Below, piece after piece: positions 1 to 12,094 of a stretch of DNA of 64,000 bases (its first letter is position 1; every line of letters begins with the position of its first letter). The stretch is from Octopus vulgaris. Lineage: Eukaryota. The position numbers were made by a program, and so were the translations under genes. The stretch spans positions 11,842,001-11,906,000 of the forward strand of contig OX597818.1 in the NCBI GenBank assembly GCA_951406725.2, read 5' to 3'. The notes under the pieces are model-generated. The model did not search any database. It was given only the letters and a program-made list of their open reading frames with translations, and was not told the origin of the DNA.

Positions 1-385
1 GAACATCAATGTTTTCACACTGACCTATTTTACATTACATTTCAGACAAATTCAGCACTGTGTTGCTAAAGCAGAAATTACATTATAGCAAATATTTTAT
101 TCAATACCATACATTTGCTTGTCAGTTGCTAGACTATAACCACTTGAGCTTGACTCTTAGTGGATAACAATATGTGCATCTCTGATCATGAGCAGGAGTA
201 GTTGGAGAGTATTATAGTCATGTGTTGAGAGGGATTCTTTGGGATTTGAATAAATGTAACAAAAGCAAAGTTTGAAGGAGACATCAACCATTTTTCATAC
301 TTTCTGGGGTAAGCAAATATGAAATAACACTTGCTACCCAATGACAAAAAGCATGTTACACAGTGTAATAGTAACTATATCATAC

Positions 386-523
386 CTTCAATATGTCTCC
401 TCTCTGCACTAAATCAACATTTATTGTCTCTTCTTTGATAATGTTACCGTCTTTCATGTAGACTAAAAGTGCTTCGGAAGCTTGTAAGGAAAGGAGTTTA
501 GCAATAGCCTCTGATGTCTTGCC
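386..523 (-). CDS. ATP7: ATP7 exon: start of the actuator domain ([15 protein letters not shown]...[11 protein letters not shown])
   Basis: Translated by hand; acceptor cttatAG at 525-524; donor AAG/GTATGA at 385. GKTSEAxAKLxSLQA and LVQRGD are ATP7 hallmarks. The gene continues beyond position 1. Confidence 0.95.
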
Positions 524-1817
524 CTATAAGAAAAACAGAATGAGTAAAGATGAAAATACAATTTTTATTTAAATTCAACCCAAGACAAAATACTGAGATT
601 TTCAATTACTGTTAGCTCAACAATTCTAATATCTATATAATACTTATTCTCTACAGTAGCTATAAACACATCATATATATTGTGGCTACAACAATGTATC
701 CAGTTGCTACAATGATATATCATGTGACTATAACAACATAACAGCCAAATCTTCCTCAAATCACAACATGGCTACTGAAGTAGAAAATGATTTAAGGGAA
801 ATTTGTTTATTGCATATTATTTAATGTGCTGTCTGAAGCTATTGCTTCATGACTATCAGCTTTTGAGAACAGTTCAACACATAGCCTTTCACTTAACTTT
901 CAGGAAATTCACTGAATTAGCAGTTCTGAGGACATATTTCTAACAAGGACAGACTACATAAGTGTTGTATCAAAGTTCAAAATAAGAGTTGGAAGAAAGA
1001 GCAGTAAAATAATAGAAACTTCTTTTTTTTTTTTTATTTATATACGTAGTGATGGTGCTACATAAAAAGCACCTGGTGCACTCTGTAAATTGGTTGTATT
1101 AGGAAGGGCATCTGGCTGTAGAAACCAAGCCAAAGCAGATTATGGAACCTGGTGCAGCCTCTGGCCTTGCCAGTCTTTGTTATGGTGTGTAACTCAAACA
1201 TGGAAAACTGGTGTTAAATTATGATGATGATGACGACAATATAGATGTCGTTGTTTATCTGCAAATAAGCCCAGTCTGAAAAGACATATGAATTAAAGAC
1301 ATTCCAACTAAGCATTATAAAAATACAACTGAACCAAATGTTCTTACAAGAAATTAAGACTTTCCCTCAGGGAACCATTCTTAGTTTAATGAAACTTTAG
1401 TGAAGACTTAAGTTTTAATAAGTAGTGATGACAAAGGACCAAGATATCTAACACCTTGATGTACTCAAGAAGATCCATCCCACAATGCAAAATGTTAATA
1501 CCACTTATCCTGATGAAATGTTGTGTACCCCATCAGAAATATGAAAAGTGGATTTAGTACCATTCCCAACTGTGGTCCAGCTGCAGGAATCAAAGTCCAA
1601 TTTATTCACGCTTAATCACATCCTGCTTACTCATATTATTAGACAAACCATAAGTAGAGTGTTTATAGAGTAGAGTTTCCTCCATATTTTAGATATAACC
1701 AAGCTAACTGAAAATTTAATGTACCATTATCACTTCTATATAAGGGATCCAAATTCAACAAAAGCTGTAAAATGTTATGCTAAAAGAAGAAATCAATGAT
1801 GAAAGAAAGGCAGTTAC

Positions 1818-2051
1818 CTTGGCAATATGTTCCAGCCATCGACCAAGAGAAATAAATAATACTAACATTGGGGTTGTCTCAAAAAATGTCACAGGACTAG
1901 AAGGCTCTCTTAAAGCTATAGCAACAACAACAACAACAGTGGAATATATATAAGAGATGCTGATTGCCAGACACACAAGTACATCCATGTTGGCAGATTT
2001 GTGTTTCAGGGAACGATAAGCTTGTACATAGAAATACCGGGCACCCAAAAG
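1818..2051 (-). CDS. ATP7: ATP7 exon: platform helix, NMDVL and TM1-TM2
   Basis: [26 protein letters not shown]...[24 protein letters not shown]; acceptor ttacAG at 2053-2052; donor AAG/GTAACT at 1817. Confidence 0.97.
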
Positions 2052-2269
2052 CTGTAATGAAAAAAATTATATAAATGTAATGAAAAAATATAATATGATG
2101 AAAAATAAAAATGTAGAAATTTATGAAAATGAATAAAACAATGAAATAATGCTGTGGCTTGCATCATTAGTATAATTAATAGTGTCAGGTTAAATTCTTT
2201 GCCAACATCTCTTACAGAGGGATTTGAAATAAGTCTAAGTTAGATATCATTATTATCATTTCTAGAGGT

Positions 2270-2472
2270 TAAGGCAGCAAGCTGGCAGAATTGTTAGCAC
2301 ACAGGGCAAAATACCTAACAGCATTTCATCCATCTTTACATTCAGAGTTCAAATTCTGCCATGGTTGACTTTGCCTTTCAATCTTTTGGGGGTCAATAGT
2401 TGAGTACTGGGGTTGATGTAATCAACTCAGCCCTCTTCCAAGACTGCTGGTCTAGTGCCAAAATTTGAAACA
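2270..2472 (+). mobile_element. SINE family A (tRNA-like head with a ...GACTTTGCCTTTCATCCTTTCGGGGTCGATAAAATAAGTACC... core), representative copy
   Basis: The same ~200-bp unit recurs near 10277, 10503, 16400(-), 26846-27803(-), 31385(-), 31600, 50380 and 55520. The core resembles the MetaSINE domain (recalled, not verified). Confidence 0.8.
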
Positions 2473-3246
2473 ATTTTTTCTAGGAGTTGATAAAATAAGT
2501 ATCAGTCAAATACTGGGGACAATTTAATTCAAATGTGTGATCTTGCGCCTATGTTAGATATCCTTACTGGCAGTGTGATGGGACTGGTGGGTGGTAGAAA
2601 CAGTAGGGTTATGGGATTAAACACCTTACAATATCTAGTTACAGTTCTTAACTAAACTTTGTTATTTATCCTTCTTTATTGATAAAATAAGAACCAATCA
2701 GATACAAGCAAAAGTGTTATAAAGTGATCAATTAAATTGATTATGCTCACCCTCAAAATTTGTTAATTTAGCATTTGGGATAGAAATCCTTGTACAAACT
2801 TTCATATTACCAAAAAAAAAAAAAAAGAATTTTGGGTTTGTTTGTGGCATATCCTTGCAGCAATAATAACCACTGATTCCTTTCCAGCTGCGACCACCCA
2901 ACCTAGCCCACTCCAGTCTCAAATCCTTAACTTTCAGGTGAAACTATGCAGGGTTTTAGAACAGGTGATTTTCTGAATTCTTTTCTTATTTACATTTTAT
3001 TGCCAAAATTTGAATATATTGCAAGTGAGAGGTGTCACTTGTCTCCACTGACCATGTTGTTTGTTGTTCTTACAATTACTTAAGCAAAAATAAACAATGG
3101 AATAACAGAAATACCACAGAGTAGGACTAAATACCTGACATACTGTACTATATATTCAGCAATCAATTATCCACATTTCTATTATTACCTTTTTGTTTTA
3201 TGTCTTAGTCAGAGAAATAAGGGTTGCCAATTTGCAGGATCTTTAA

Positions 3247-4324
3247 CCCTTTCGTTACTATATTTCTGACCAAAATACACCCCTTATGTGTTTCAATTAA
3301 TTTCTAACGTAATCATAAATTTAGTCTGGTTTCATTAAACAACAATAACTTTTTTATTTATCAATATATTAACGTGAATTTTGGAAGATAATTTAATGAA
3401 ATGTTCTCAACCAATTCTATACTATAATTTTTGTCACAAAGTGACTCTAATTGCAGGTAGATACAGGTAAATTCAACAAAATATAAAATTATTAAAATTT
3501 TGTTCAAACATCGCTATAGAAAATGGGTTATTAGCTAATATTCAATTGGGTATACAACAAAATTTTACGATAGAATTTGTTATTCTGGGTAACTTTCTGA
3601 TACCCATAATAATATTTATGGCAAAATAGTCTTAATTTCATTTAAGGTTGTGGGAAACCACAAAGTATCCTTTCTTTCGCTTTGTTTACGTTTAGCGTAA
3701 CAGTTCATTTCCGCCGTAATGATTTCAAATAGGCTCATTCGAAAAAGTAAAAAGAAATAGTCTAAGGCTTTACTCTCCTGGGAAAGTCTGTGGCTTGGTC
3801 CAGTTTCTTCAGAAAAATCACCGAAAGAAACAGTTTTTAAATTTTCACTCCATTCAGGTGCCAATTCATTTTCTTTATCGCTGTCGGAGATTTATTGGAT
3901 TCACTGTTTTCACTTTCGGAAAATGAAACATCGGATTCATTATCAAATACCATGTGCTTTTTTTTTTCAGTCATAGAGTTAGATTTATGAAGGTCTTCAG
4001 TAGAAAATCCTTCGAATTCTGACTCGCTGCTTGATATAATGAAATTCGTATCCATTTTTTGTCAGAATTACAAATTTTGAAAACACAATAGGAACAAATT
4101 TCGGAAAAAAATCTCCCAAAATTCACGGAATTAAAATTACACTTTGATTGTTGTACAAAACTGTAGTTGAACTGTTTACGAAATATAATACGTGTTTTCA
4201 TGAATGTACTAAAGAGATTTGCTCTGATATTCTCATTTAAATATGAATAGGTAAATTTGGGCGGTTTGGTCACATTAACCAAAATTTTTTTCGGGCGGCT
4301 TTGGGCGGTTTGGTATCGAAAGGG
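3247..4324 (-). mobile_element. Internally deleted piggyBac transposon with a PGBD-type transposase N-terminal fragment
   Basis: TTAA at 3243-3246 and 4325-4328; TIRs CCCTTTCGTTACTA and CCCTTTCGATACCA (12/14 match). Frameshifted ORFs 3837-4055 (acidic SSSESEFEGF) and 3616-3864 (LDYFFLLF...IITAEMNCYA...WFPTTLNEIK) resemble PGBD4-like N-termini. Confidence 0.9.
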
Positions 4325-4893
4325 TTAAGATCCCCCGCAAGGAAATGAAGGAAGAAATCACAACATGGTTTACTTCACCGGGAAGACAGTGGACTACATT
4401 TGACCACATTTCCAAACTGAAGATAACTCAAGACATCAAGTTATTTACAGGCTAGGATTTTGGTCCAAATACTTATGGACTCAGTGTAGATTATGTTAAA
4501 GGCATCCTCTAAAAATCAACAGGGGGTAGTTTTAAACTCTTAGATTGGATTAATTTATTTCTTTATTCTCATCAAAGTAAATGAAAAACAAATACCATGA
4601 ACTTAGTGGATGTTGATGAATTCAACTTTAAAGCCATTCCTATTATAAGAATGGTGAGATGCACAGCAGAGAGGAAAAAAATACAAATGCTACGTAGATT
4701 ATTTTATTCAACTGTACAAAAATAGAAAGGTAACTAGAAAGAAAAGTTTGCAGAATGAAAGAACACACACATAAAAACAAAATGGTAAAAGAGTAAGGAA
4801 AGAAATGAAGAAAAATAGAAAGACAAAAGAAAAAATGAAAGAAAAAAATGAAAGTTAGAAAGAAGAAATAAATAAATAAAATAAGTAACTCAC

Positions 4894-5125
4894 CTGTACA
4901 GCTGTAGCCAATATGAAAAGCAATAAGTTCTCAAGGGAAAGACCAGCACAAACCATCAGCTGTTTGCGGTGGGTTCTGAATGTTCCAGGAGCTACAGTGG
5001 TCACGTTTGTGGCATTTCCAGCTGGAGGTAGATTATCATGAGCAGGCATGGTGAACATGAAGTACATCATGATGACCATGGCAGGAAGACCAAACAATAA
5101 CGACCAAAAAAATGAAGAGCGCCAC
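4894..5125 (-). CDS. ATP7: ATP7 exon: TM helix A, lumenal loop and TM helix B
   Basis: Acceptor ttttgtAG at 5127-5126; (R)WRSSFFWSLLFGLPAMVIMMYF...GLSLENLLLFILATAVQ; donor CAG/GTGAGT at 4893. Confidence 0.95.
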
Positions 5126-5169
5126 CTACAAAAGAATCATTGTTGTTATCATCATCATAATTTATATAA

Positions 5170-5171
5170 TA

Positions 5172-5256
<85 letters not shown>
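5170..5256. repeat. (ATG)n/(AAT)n microsatellite just upstream of an ATP7 splice acceptor
   Basis: Read directly; it generates the spurious poly-D/N/M/I ORFs at 5048-5309. Confidence 0.95.
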
Positions 5257-5258
<2 letters not shown>

Positions 5259-5812
5259 GCCCTGATGCAGTACCAGGCAGTGGCTCTCATGGCTTCTGAT
5301 CTTAACTGATTGGAAGTGTTATCATGTACATTGTTTTGTCTTGGTATAAAAGATGGGCTACAGCAAATATTCTGCTCAATACCACAGATTTGCTTGTCAG
5401 TTGTTTGACCTTAACCAGTTGAGCATGTCCCTTAGTGGCTGACGATATGTGCATCTCTGATCACGAGCAGAAGTAGTGGGGGAGCATCATAGCCATGTGT
5501 TGAGAGGGATGCTTTGGGGTTTGAATAGTTCACCTCTGGAAACATGGGTGGTTCTTTCAACATCCTTAAACAACCCTTATTCGGGGACCGTTTGAGCGGG
5601 ATGGGCTACTCAACCTGAAGAAAATTCAAACTGGGCCCCACCTGCAAGTTCATGTGCTGTTTATCTTGATATGAGATCACCATGTCGCGCACATATGGTT
5701 GTGATGCATGTGCCTGGTGTACCTTTATCAGACGGGTAGTCATGATGGGTATATTGGGCTTCGTATATTTTACCCCAGTGTCACTTTGATGGCATGAACT
5801 GCTCTCTCACTC

Positions 5813-5813
<1 letters not shown>
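5257..5813. mobile_element. ~560-bp interspersed repeat (family D) embedded in (AAT)n
   Basis: Near-identical copies at ~15873-16380 (same orientation) and ~55715-56260 (inverted); partial copies at ~85-255 and ~55240-55515. Confidence 0.88.
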
Positions 5814-5845
<32 letters not shown>

Positions 5846-5865
5846 CATTATGCATGAGTCAGATA

Positions 5866-6035
5866 CATGCTTGTGTGTGTATGGAGGGGAGGAAATCAGG
5901 TGTAGTGTTGGCGAATCTCAGAAAGCATGGAAGTTTTGAAGGATGCAGTGCTCCGACAACTAACAACTGATGCCGGCAGTTTGTTCCATGCTTCAGCAAC
6001 TCTCAGCGTGAAAAAATGTTTCCTAAAGTCATGGG
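5866..6035 (-). mobile_element. CR1-like LINE 3' fragment
   Basis: HDFRKHFFTLRVAEAWNKLPASVVSCRSTASFK is a typical CR1 ORF2 C-terminus (FFxxRVxxxWNxLP). A second copy lies on + at ~28286-28512. Confidence 0.8.
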
Positions 6036-6796
6036 GTGACAATAATATAAGTGCATAAGTTTCATCTACATGTGTGTGTGTTTGTTGAAGGATTCTGTAA
6101 GCAAAGTACAAGCAATCTGTCTAGGAGAGCAGTTATTCTGAATATTAGGAAAAAAAATGACATGGAGTGGAAGGGACCCTATAATCCTGCTGCAGAGAGG
6201 CTCTCTAGTACCAGTGATATATCAAATGCACTCAGACCCTGGTGAGATGCCATGAAACTACTTCAAATATACTACCATGGGAAATTAATGTAAAGTTATG
6301 ATGATGGTTTGCATGTGTGTGTGTGTGAGAGAGAGAGAACTTGTTCAAATGTTACTGAAATAGACTTCACCAGGCCTTGAGTTCAATCACATTGAGTGCT
6401 ATTCGACACAAGTGTAATCAAGCCATACAATGAGTTAGCTTAAGCAACATGGGTAAAAGATGGGTAGATGGAAACTGTGTAAAACCGTATAAGTATCTGT
6501 AACTTGAAGGCAGAGCCTTAGTACACAGTGTCTGGCTGCTAGTGCTGAATCAGTAAACAAGTGTCAGTGAGACAGCCAGTCATTTATTCAGTCCAGAGAC
6601 TAAGAAGAAGAACACAATGACAAACTAAACAGGGGACATATCATGTCACATGATTACTTAGAAAAAATAACTTGCATATTTCTTTGAACAAAAAAACGAA
6701 AAAAAATGTTTTATTTGTTGCCCATGTAATTGAACAATTGGAATGTTCATATGTTGAATTTTCCACCCTATCTCTCACCCACACACACATATATCT

Positions 6797-7000
6797 CCCT
6801 TTAGTATTTAAATTGGCCATATCAGGCCCAAGTATTCTGCCTCTTGTACATTAAAACCAACCAGATCCAGCCTCTCACACCTAACCTAGAGTGTCATTCT
6901 AAAAATAAACAATCACATCACAGAAATGTCAAAGCTGTCAGATAATGTGTAATTGATTCTAAACAAGGTGAATAAACATAGTAATCTGAATGTTAAAGGG
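6797..7000. mobile_element. piggyBac-type MITE, degenerate copy of the 11875 family
   Basis: Ends CCCTTTAGTATT and AATGTTAAAGGG; the body aligns with 11875-12094. Confidence 0.75.
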
Positions 7001-7653
7001 ATATATACATCTAAATCCACTATACCACCACAATCATCAACCTCATGCATTTGTTTTTCCATGCTTGTATAGATTGGGTGGGTCCTCTCTGGAACAGCAT
7101 CTCCCATTTTGTTGTGACCCTTTGTCATAAAATGCACTTCAACTTCCTGAGATCAGCTTTCCCAGCATCTCATGTCTTCCATAGTTATCTTCTTCTGGTA
7201 ACTCTTGCCAGTATGGAAAATGGATGTCAAATGATGATGATGACAGTGTGCATGTGCGTGTGTATGATCATCGTCATCATTTAATGTCCGTTGTCCATGC
7301 TGGCACAGGTTGGACAGCGTGACCAGAGCTGGCAAGCTGGTGGGGGCTGCACCAGACTCCAACCACTTTACAGAGTGTGCTGGATGCTTTTACGTCACCA
7401 CATGGGTGCTTTTACATGTCACTACATGGTCGCTTTTACATGTTGCTGCACAGGATATATATACATATCGGAGACCCCCTTTGGTCATGAATGACCATGG
7501 GATTGCACCTAGAAAGTTACCCTCTGAGGCACAAGTCCGGGTATATATATGTATATATATATATATATCACCAGGTATAGGTAAAGTTACAGGTGAAAAC
7601 AGAATGGGTGGGAAAGTCTAAATGTCCTCTGGTGCCAGAACTTTCGTACTTAC

Positions 7654-7733
7654 CTTCTAATTTCCATGCGATGATCATACCGGGCAGCCTTGTTGTCACT
7701 CTCAGTTGCTAATGTGGCCTGAAATCCAAGCTC
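7654..7733 (-). CDS. ATP7: ATP7 short exon (ELGFQATLATESDNKAARYDHRMEIR)
   Basis: Not in the ORF track; translated by hand. Acceptor ttacAG at 7735-7734, donor AG/GTAAGT at 7653 (phase 2). Resembles the xLGF...LDHxxEI linker between the last HMA and TM1 of ATP7. Confidence 0.93.
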
Positions 7734-8466
7734 CTGTAATAATATGCACTTTTACATTAGTCTACAGATAAACAAGACAAATGCTTTCTAAATGACATAG
7801 AAACACACATCATTATATTCATTTCTTTTGGATTTAACTCTTAGTTTGTGCTTTTCATCATTGAGTCTATAATAAGGGCGAAATGGCACTACCTACAACT
7901 ACTAGGACACATAAGAAAATATGGACTATAAAGAAATATTATTTCATATGCTCTCTCACCCATAAGCATACGAAAAGAGCCTCTAATAATAAAAATAACA
8001 AAAAATTATAAACCCTGAAGCGGTTCTCTCCCCTTAAAGGGAATCTTCACCCTCTCTTCTATCCTCAAATAAGCCATGGGGGTTACATAAATGCACCCAT
8101 GCAGGCACCACACAAAAACACCTATGCCAGTTTCACATAAATGTACCTGTACTGGTGCCACATGAAAAACATAGAAATCATGTTAAAATAGACAACTGGA
8201 GCCTGAGCAGCTCCTGTCAAACCAGCTAATTCCATGCCAGCATGGAAAACACAATAAATGATGATGATGAAGATGACACAAGCAAAGTACACTTTACCAT
8301 TCATTTGAATAGAGAATCCCTATTTTGCCAACAAATGCAATAACTTCCTGGACTTTTTTCCCACCCTATTTTCATTGTAGCTAATAATGCTTTCAGAGTT
8401 CTCTCATCCACAGCTAATTAGGTTACCTAGATAACAAACACCAGCATCAAAAGTAATTAAACCTAC

Positions 8467-8628
8467 CTCAATGGCTTGTATAATATCTCTAGCACCAGTT
8501 GTTTCATTATTGAACTCAAATACACCTTTTGAGGTAGCCAGGGCTACATTAGCTGAGACTATTCCTTTCTTCTTGAGAAGAGTTGACTCTATAAGATGGA
8601 CACAGGAAGAACAGGTCATGCCTGTAAT
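8467..8628 (-). CDS. ATP7: ATP7 exon: last HMA domain ([17 protein letters not shown]...[10 protein letters not shown])
   Basis: Strong pyrimidine tract and acceptor tttAG at 8630-8629; 54 codons; donor GAG/GTAGGT at 8466. Confidence 0.96.
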
Positions 8629-8669
8629 CTAAATAAGAAAATAAAAGAAAGAATGACAACAATATAATA

Positions 8670-9715
8670 TTGGGTTGGAAAGAAAGTAATTTTGGTTTTT
8701 TGATGTGAAATAAAAATCGTTTTTTTTTCATATAAAAAATGAACTTCAATCTATATTTTCCATTTTGTTCAATGACCTTTTGCCATTTTTCTGGCAACTT
8801 CATGATTTCTTGCTTATAGAACTTCTGGTCCTTCTCAGCCAAAAACTGAAGCAAGTGTGATTTCAGGTCATCATCATTATTGAAAGTTTTACCATTCAAA
8901 GAATTTTGCAAACTTCAAAATAAATGGTAATCTGATGGTGCTATATGGTGGATGTGACATCACTTCCCAACCAAGCTCCAATAATTTCAACTATTTCAGC
9001 TTTCAATGTGGTTTGTGTTGGTTCATTATGCTTCAACCATGATCGTTTTTGATTGATGTTGTTGTAGATAATCCAATTTTCATCACCAGTGATGATTCAT
9101 TTAAAAAAAAAGGGTGATTTCATTGCGTTTGAGATGCATATCACAAATATTAATTTGTTGTGTTAACTGAATCTTTCAATTTATGTGGAACCCAAATATC
9201 GAGTTCCTTAATGAGTTCAAGACTTTTAAAGTGATTTCCATTTGTTGTATGTGATACATCTTAACCTCTCTGCAATCTGTAGCACAGTTATATGACAATT
9301 AGATTCCATTATGGCTTTGATTCAGTCATCATCAACTTCAGTAGGTCAACCAGGATTTTGGTCAACTTTAAGTGAAAAATCTCCAGAACAGAATTTTTAA
9401 AATCATTTCTGACATGTGGATTCTGTTAAGCAATCAACACCATAAACTTCACATATCTCTTTGTGAAACTCAGCAACTTTCTTGCCTTTTCAGAAATAAA
9501 AAAGCAAAATATGGCAGAAATGTTTGTTTTTGCACTCCATGTTAAAATTGACACTGAACAACTGTAAACAAAATTACATACAATTTGCTTCTAAAGAAAG
9601 CTAAAAGTAATGGCTATCAAATATCAAAAGGAAAAAATCATAACATTGACAAAAGTCATTAAAAAAAATTGTAACTCTATTTGTGAAAAACGAAATTACT
9701 TTCTTGCCAAATCAA
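8670..9715 (-). mobile_element. Defective mariner (Hsmar1/SETMAR-like) transposon
   Basis: ~30-bp TIRs (TTGGGTTGGAAAGAAAGTAATTTTGG vs TTGATTTGGCAAGAAAGTAATTTCG), left TA. Minus-strand motifs LDIWVPHKL, IITGDENWI and the C-terminus QNSLNGKTF...KLPEKWQKVIEQNGKY. Internally deleted. Confidence 0.9.
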
Positions 9716-10747
9716 TTAAAATGTAGCAACACAGAAGTATGTAAACATTTGCAAGAAATATGACAAAAAAACCCAGTGTTTTACATGTGAATTTCTCTCT
9801 TCTACTCTCTACAATATTTGATTTAAGGCTGAAACATATGGGGAATGATAGGTGACTATAATGAACTTATGTCTTAGATGTCAACAAGTAAATTGTTTTT
9901 ATAAAGGTGCAAGTTGTATGGTTACGAAGTTTGCTTCACAACCACTTAATTATGGGTTCAGTTCCACTGTGCAGCAACTTGGACAAGTGTCTGTTACTAT
10001 AACAGTTTAGGGCTGACAAATGCTTGATGAGTGGAATTAGAAGATGGAAATTGTCAAGAAGCCCGTCATATATGTATGTGTGTGCCAGAGCATGTGATCT
10101 ACATGTCCTCATTCGCACCATCTGAGCAAAAACGATATGTTTACAATCGCTGGTAGGCAAAAAGTCACGTAGTTTCAACTTTCGAGATGTAAGGATCAAT
10201 GTAATCAACTTGTCCAACTCCTCCAAAATTCAAAACCACTATTACTACTACTATTATTATTATTATTATTATTATTGTGAGCTGGCAGAATTAGTAGCAT
10301 GTTGGACAAAATGTCTAGCAGTATTTCATCAGACACATTACATCCTGATTTCAAATTCTGCCAAGATCAATTTTGTCTTTCATTATTTTGGGGGTCAATA
10401 AAATAAGTACCAACTAGGAAACAGGGTCAATGTAATTGACTAGCCCCTCTCCATAAAATTACTAGCCTTCTGCCAAAATTTAAAGCCGTTATCATTATTA
10501 TTAAAGCAGCAAGTTGGAAGAATTGTTAGCACATTGAGCAAAATGCTTGGCAGCGTTTATGTTTTGAGTTAAAATTCTGCTGAGGTCAACTACGTTGACT
10601 TTTCATCTTTTCAGGGTCAACAATATAAGTACCAGCTGAGCACTGGGGTCAATGTAACTGACTTAACCCTTCCCCTTGCTGGCCTTGTGCCAAAAAAAAA
10701 ATAGTTGTTGTTGTTAACATAATAATAATAATAATAATAATAATAAT

Positions 10748-11700
10748 ATCAATCATCCCATAAGTAATGTTTTTTGTAGAATGCCTTAAAGAAATAAAAA
10801 AGCAAGTAAGGTACCAATTTAATCAACTATATATTCCCCATCTGAATCAATAATATTCTTCCAATGCCATAAAAGATTTTTTTATGTCATTCCTATAGAA
10901 ATCAGCTGGCATACAAGAGAAAAACTCTTGAAGGTCTGTTTCAAGTGTCTCTAAGGAATTGTATTCTTTTCCATCAATAAAATTTCGCAAGCTTCAGAAT
11001 AACTGATAATCCAAAGGAGTAAGGTCAGGAGAGTATGGAGGATGTGGAAGCCTTTCCAAACCTTGCTCCTCAATCTTGGCACATGTGACTCTTGTACTAT
11101 GAGGTCTGGCATTGTCATGATGGAAAATGACACCCTTTTAATTGACAAGAGAACACCATTTTTTCTGTAAGTTTTTCATTCAATCAATCAATTTCTTCAC
11201 TGTACACTTGAGCTGTAGTTGTCTGGTTTCATGGCAAGGTTTCAAAGTGTATTACACCAAACATGTCCCACCAAATACTTAACAAAACTTTCCAAGTATG
11301 AAAACCTTGTTTTGGATGGGTCTTGCTTGTTCTCCTGGTTGGACCCATTGACATTGATATTTACCATCTACTTTTCATCACTAGTAACTAAGCAGTTCAA
11401 AAATGGACATTTTTTCTCACATGAATAAAGAGCAGAGTAGATATTGACATGTTTTCTTTTATTGTTTTCACTCATGTGGAACCCACTTGCCAAGCTTAGA
11501 CACGATTTCAAGTTCTTGCAAATGGTGATGGATAGTTGATGACAATGAATTAACCTCTTTTGCTAACTCTTCAGCAGTTGCATATCGATTTCTTTCCGTA
11601 GCGGCCTTCAACACATCATTATCAAAAGAGACAGGGCACTCAGAGCAGCGAGTATCTTCCAATCTAAAAGTCCCCTTGTCAAAACCAACATTGACACTTG
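10748..11700 (-). mobile_element. Defective mariner transposase relic (second subfamily)
   Basis: Motifs KLGKWVPHE (~11471-11497), HHDNARPH (~11099-11121) and HPPYSPDLTPLDYQLF (~11000-11044), with frameshifts. Only one end is recognisable. Confidence 0.85.
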
Positions 11701-11874
11701 CAAGTTGCCTTTTTTATACTCGTAATACATGACATATCTAATGTGACCTCCATTTTCAAGAGGGGCTATTAAAGCAATAAGTTATTTTTTGCATGTCTGC
11801 AAGCCAGAACCTGTCTAACTGAAGCTTTCCTTGCTCTGTGGTATTTATGCACCCATGAAAAAAATCTCACTTAA

Positions 11875-12094
11875 CCCTTTAGTGTTTAAACCGGCCATAT
11901 CTGGCCCAAATATTCTATATGTTTTATAATCAAACTGGGAATATCTAGCCCCTCAAACCTAACCTACATTGAGATTCAAAAAATATACAATCACATCATT
12001 GAAACCTCAAAGCTATGAGATAATGCATGATTAATTCAAAACAATTTGAGTGAAAAAGTATTACATTTAACAGAGTAATCTGAACACTAAAGGG
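11875..12094. mobile_element. 220-bp piggyBac-type MITE
   Basis: TTAA at 11871-11874 and 12095-12098; perfect 12-bp TIR CCCTTTAGTGTT. Related copies at 6797, ~34278-34497 and 41965-42190. Confidence 0.9.
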
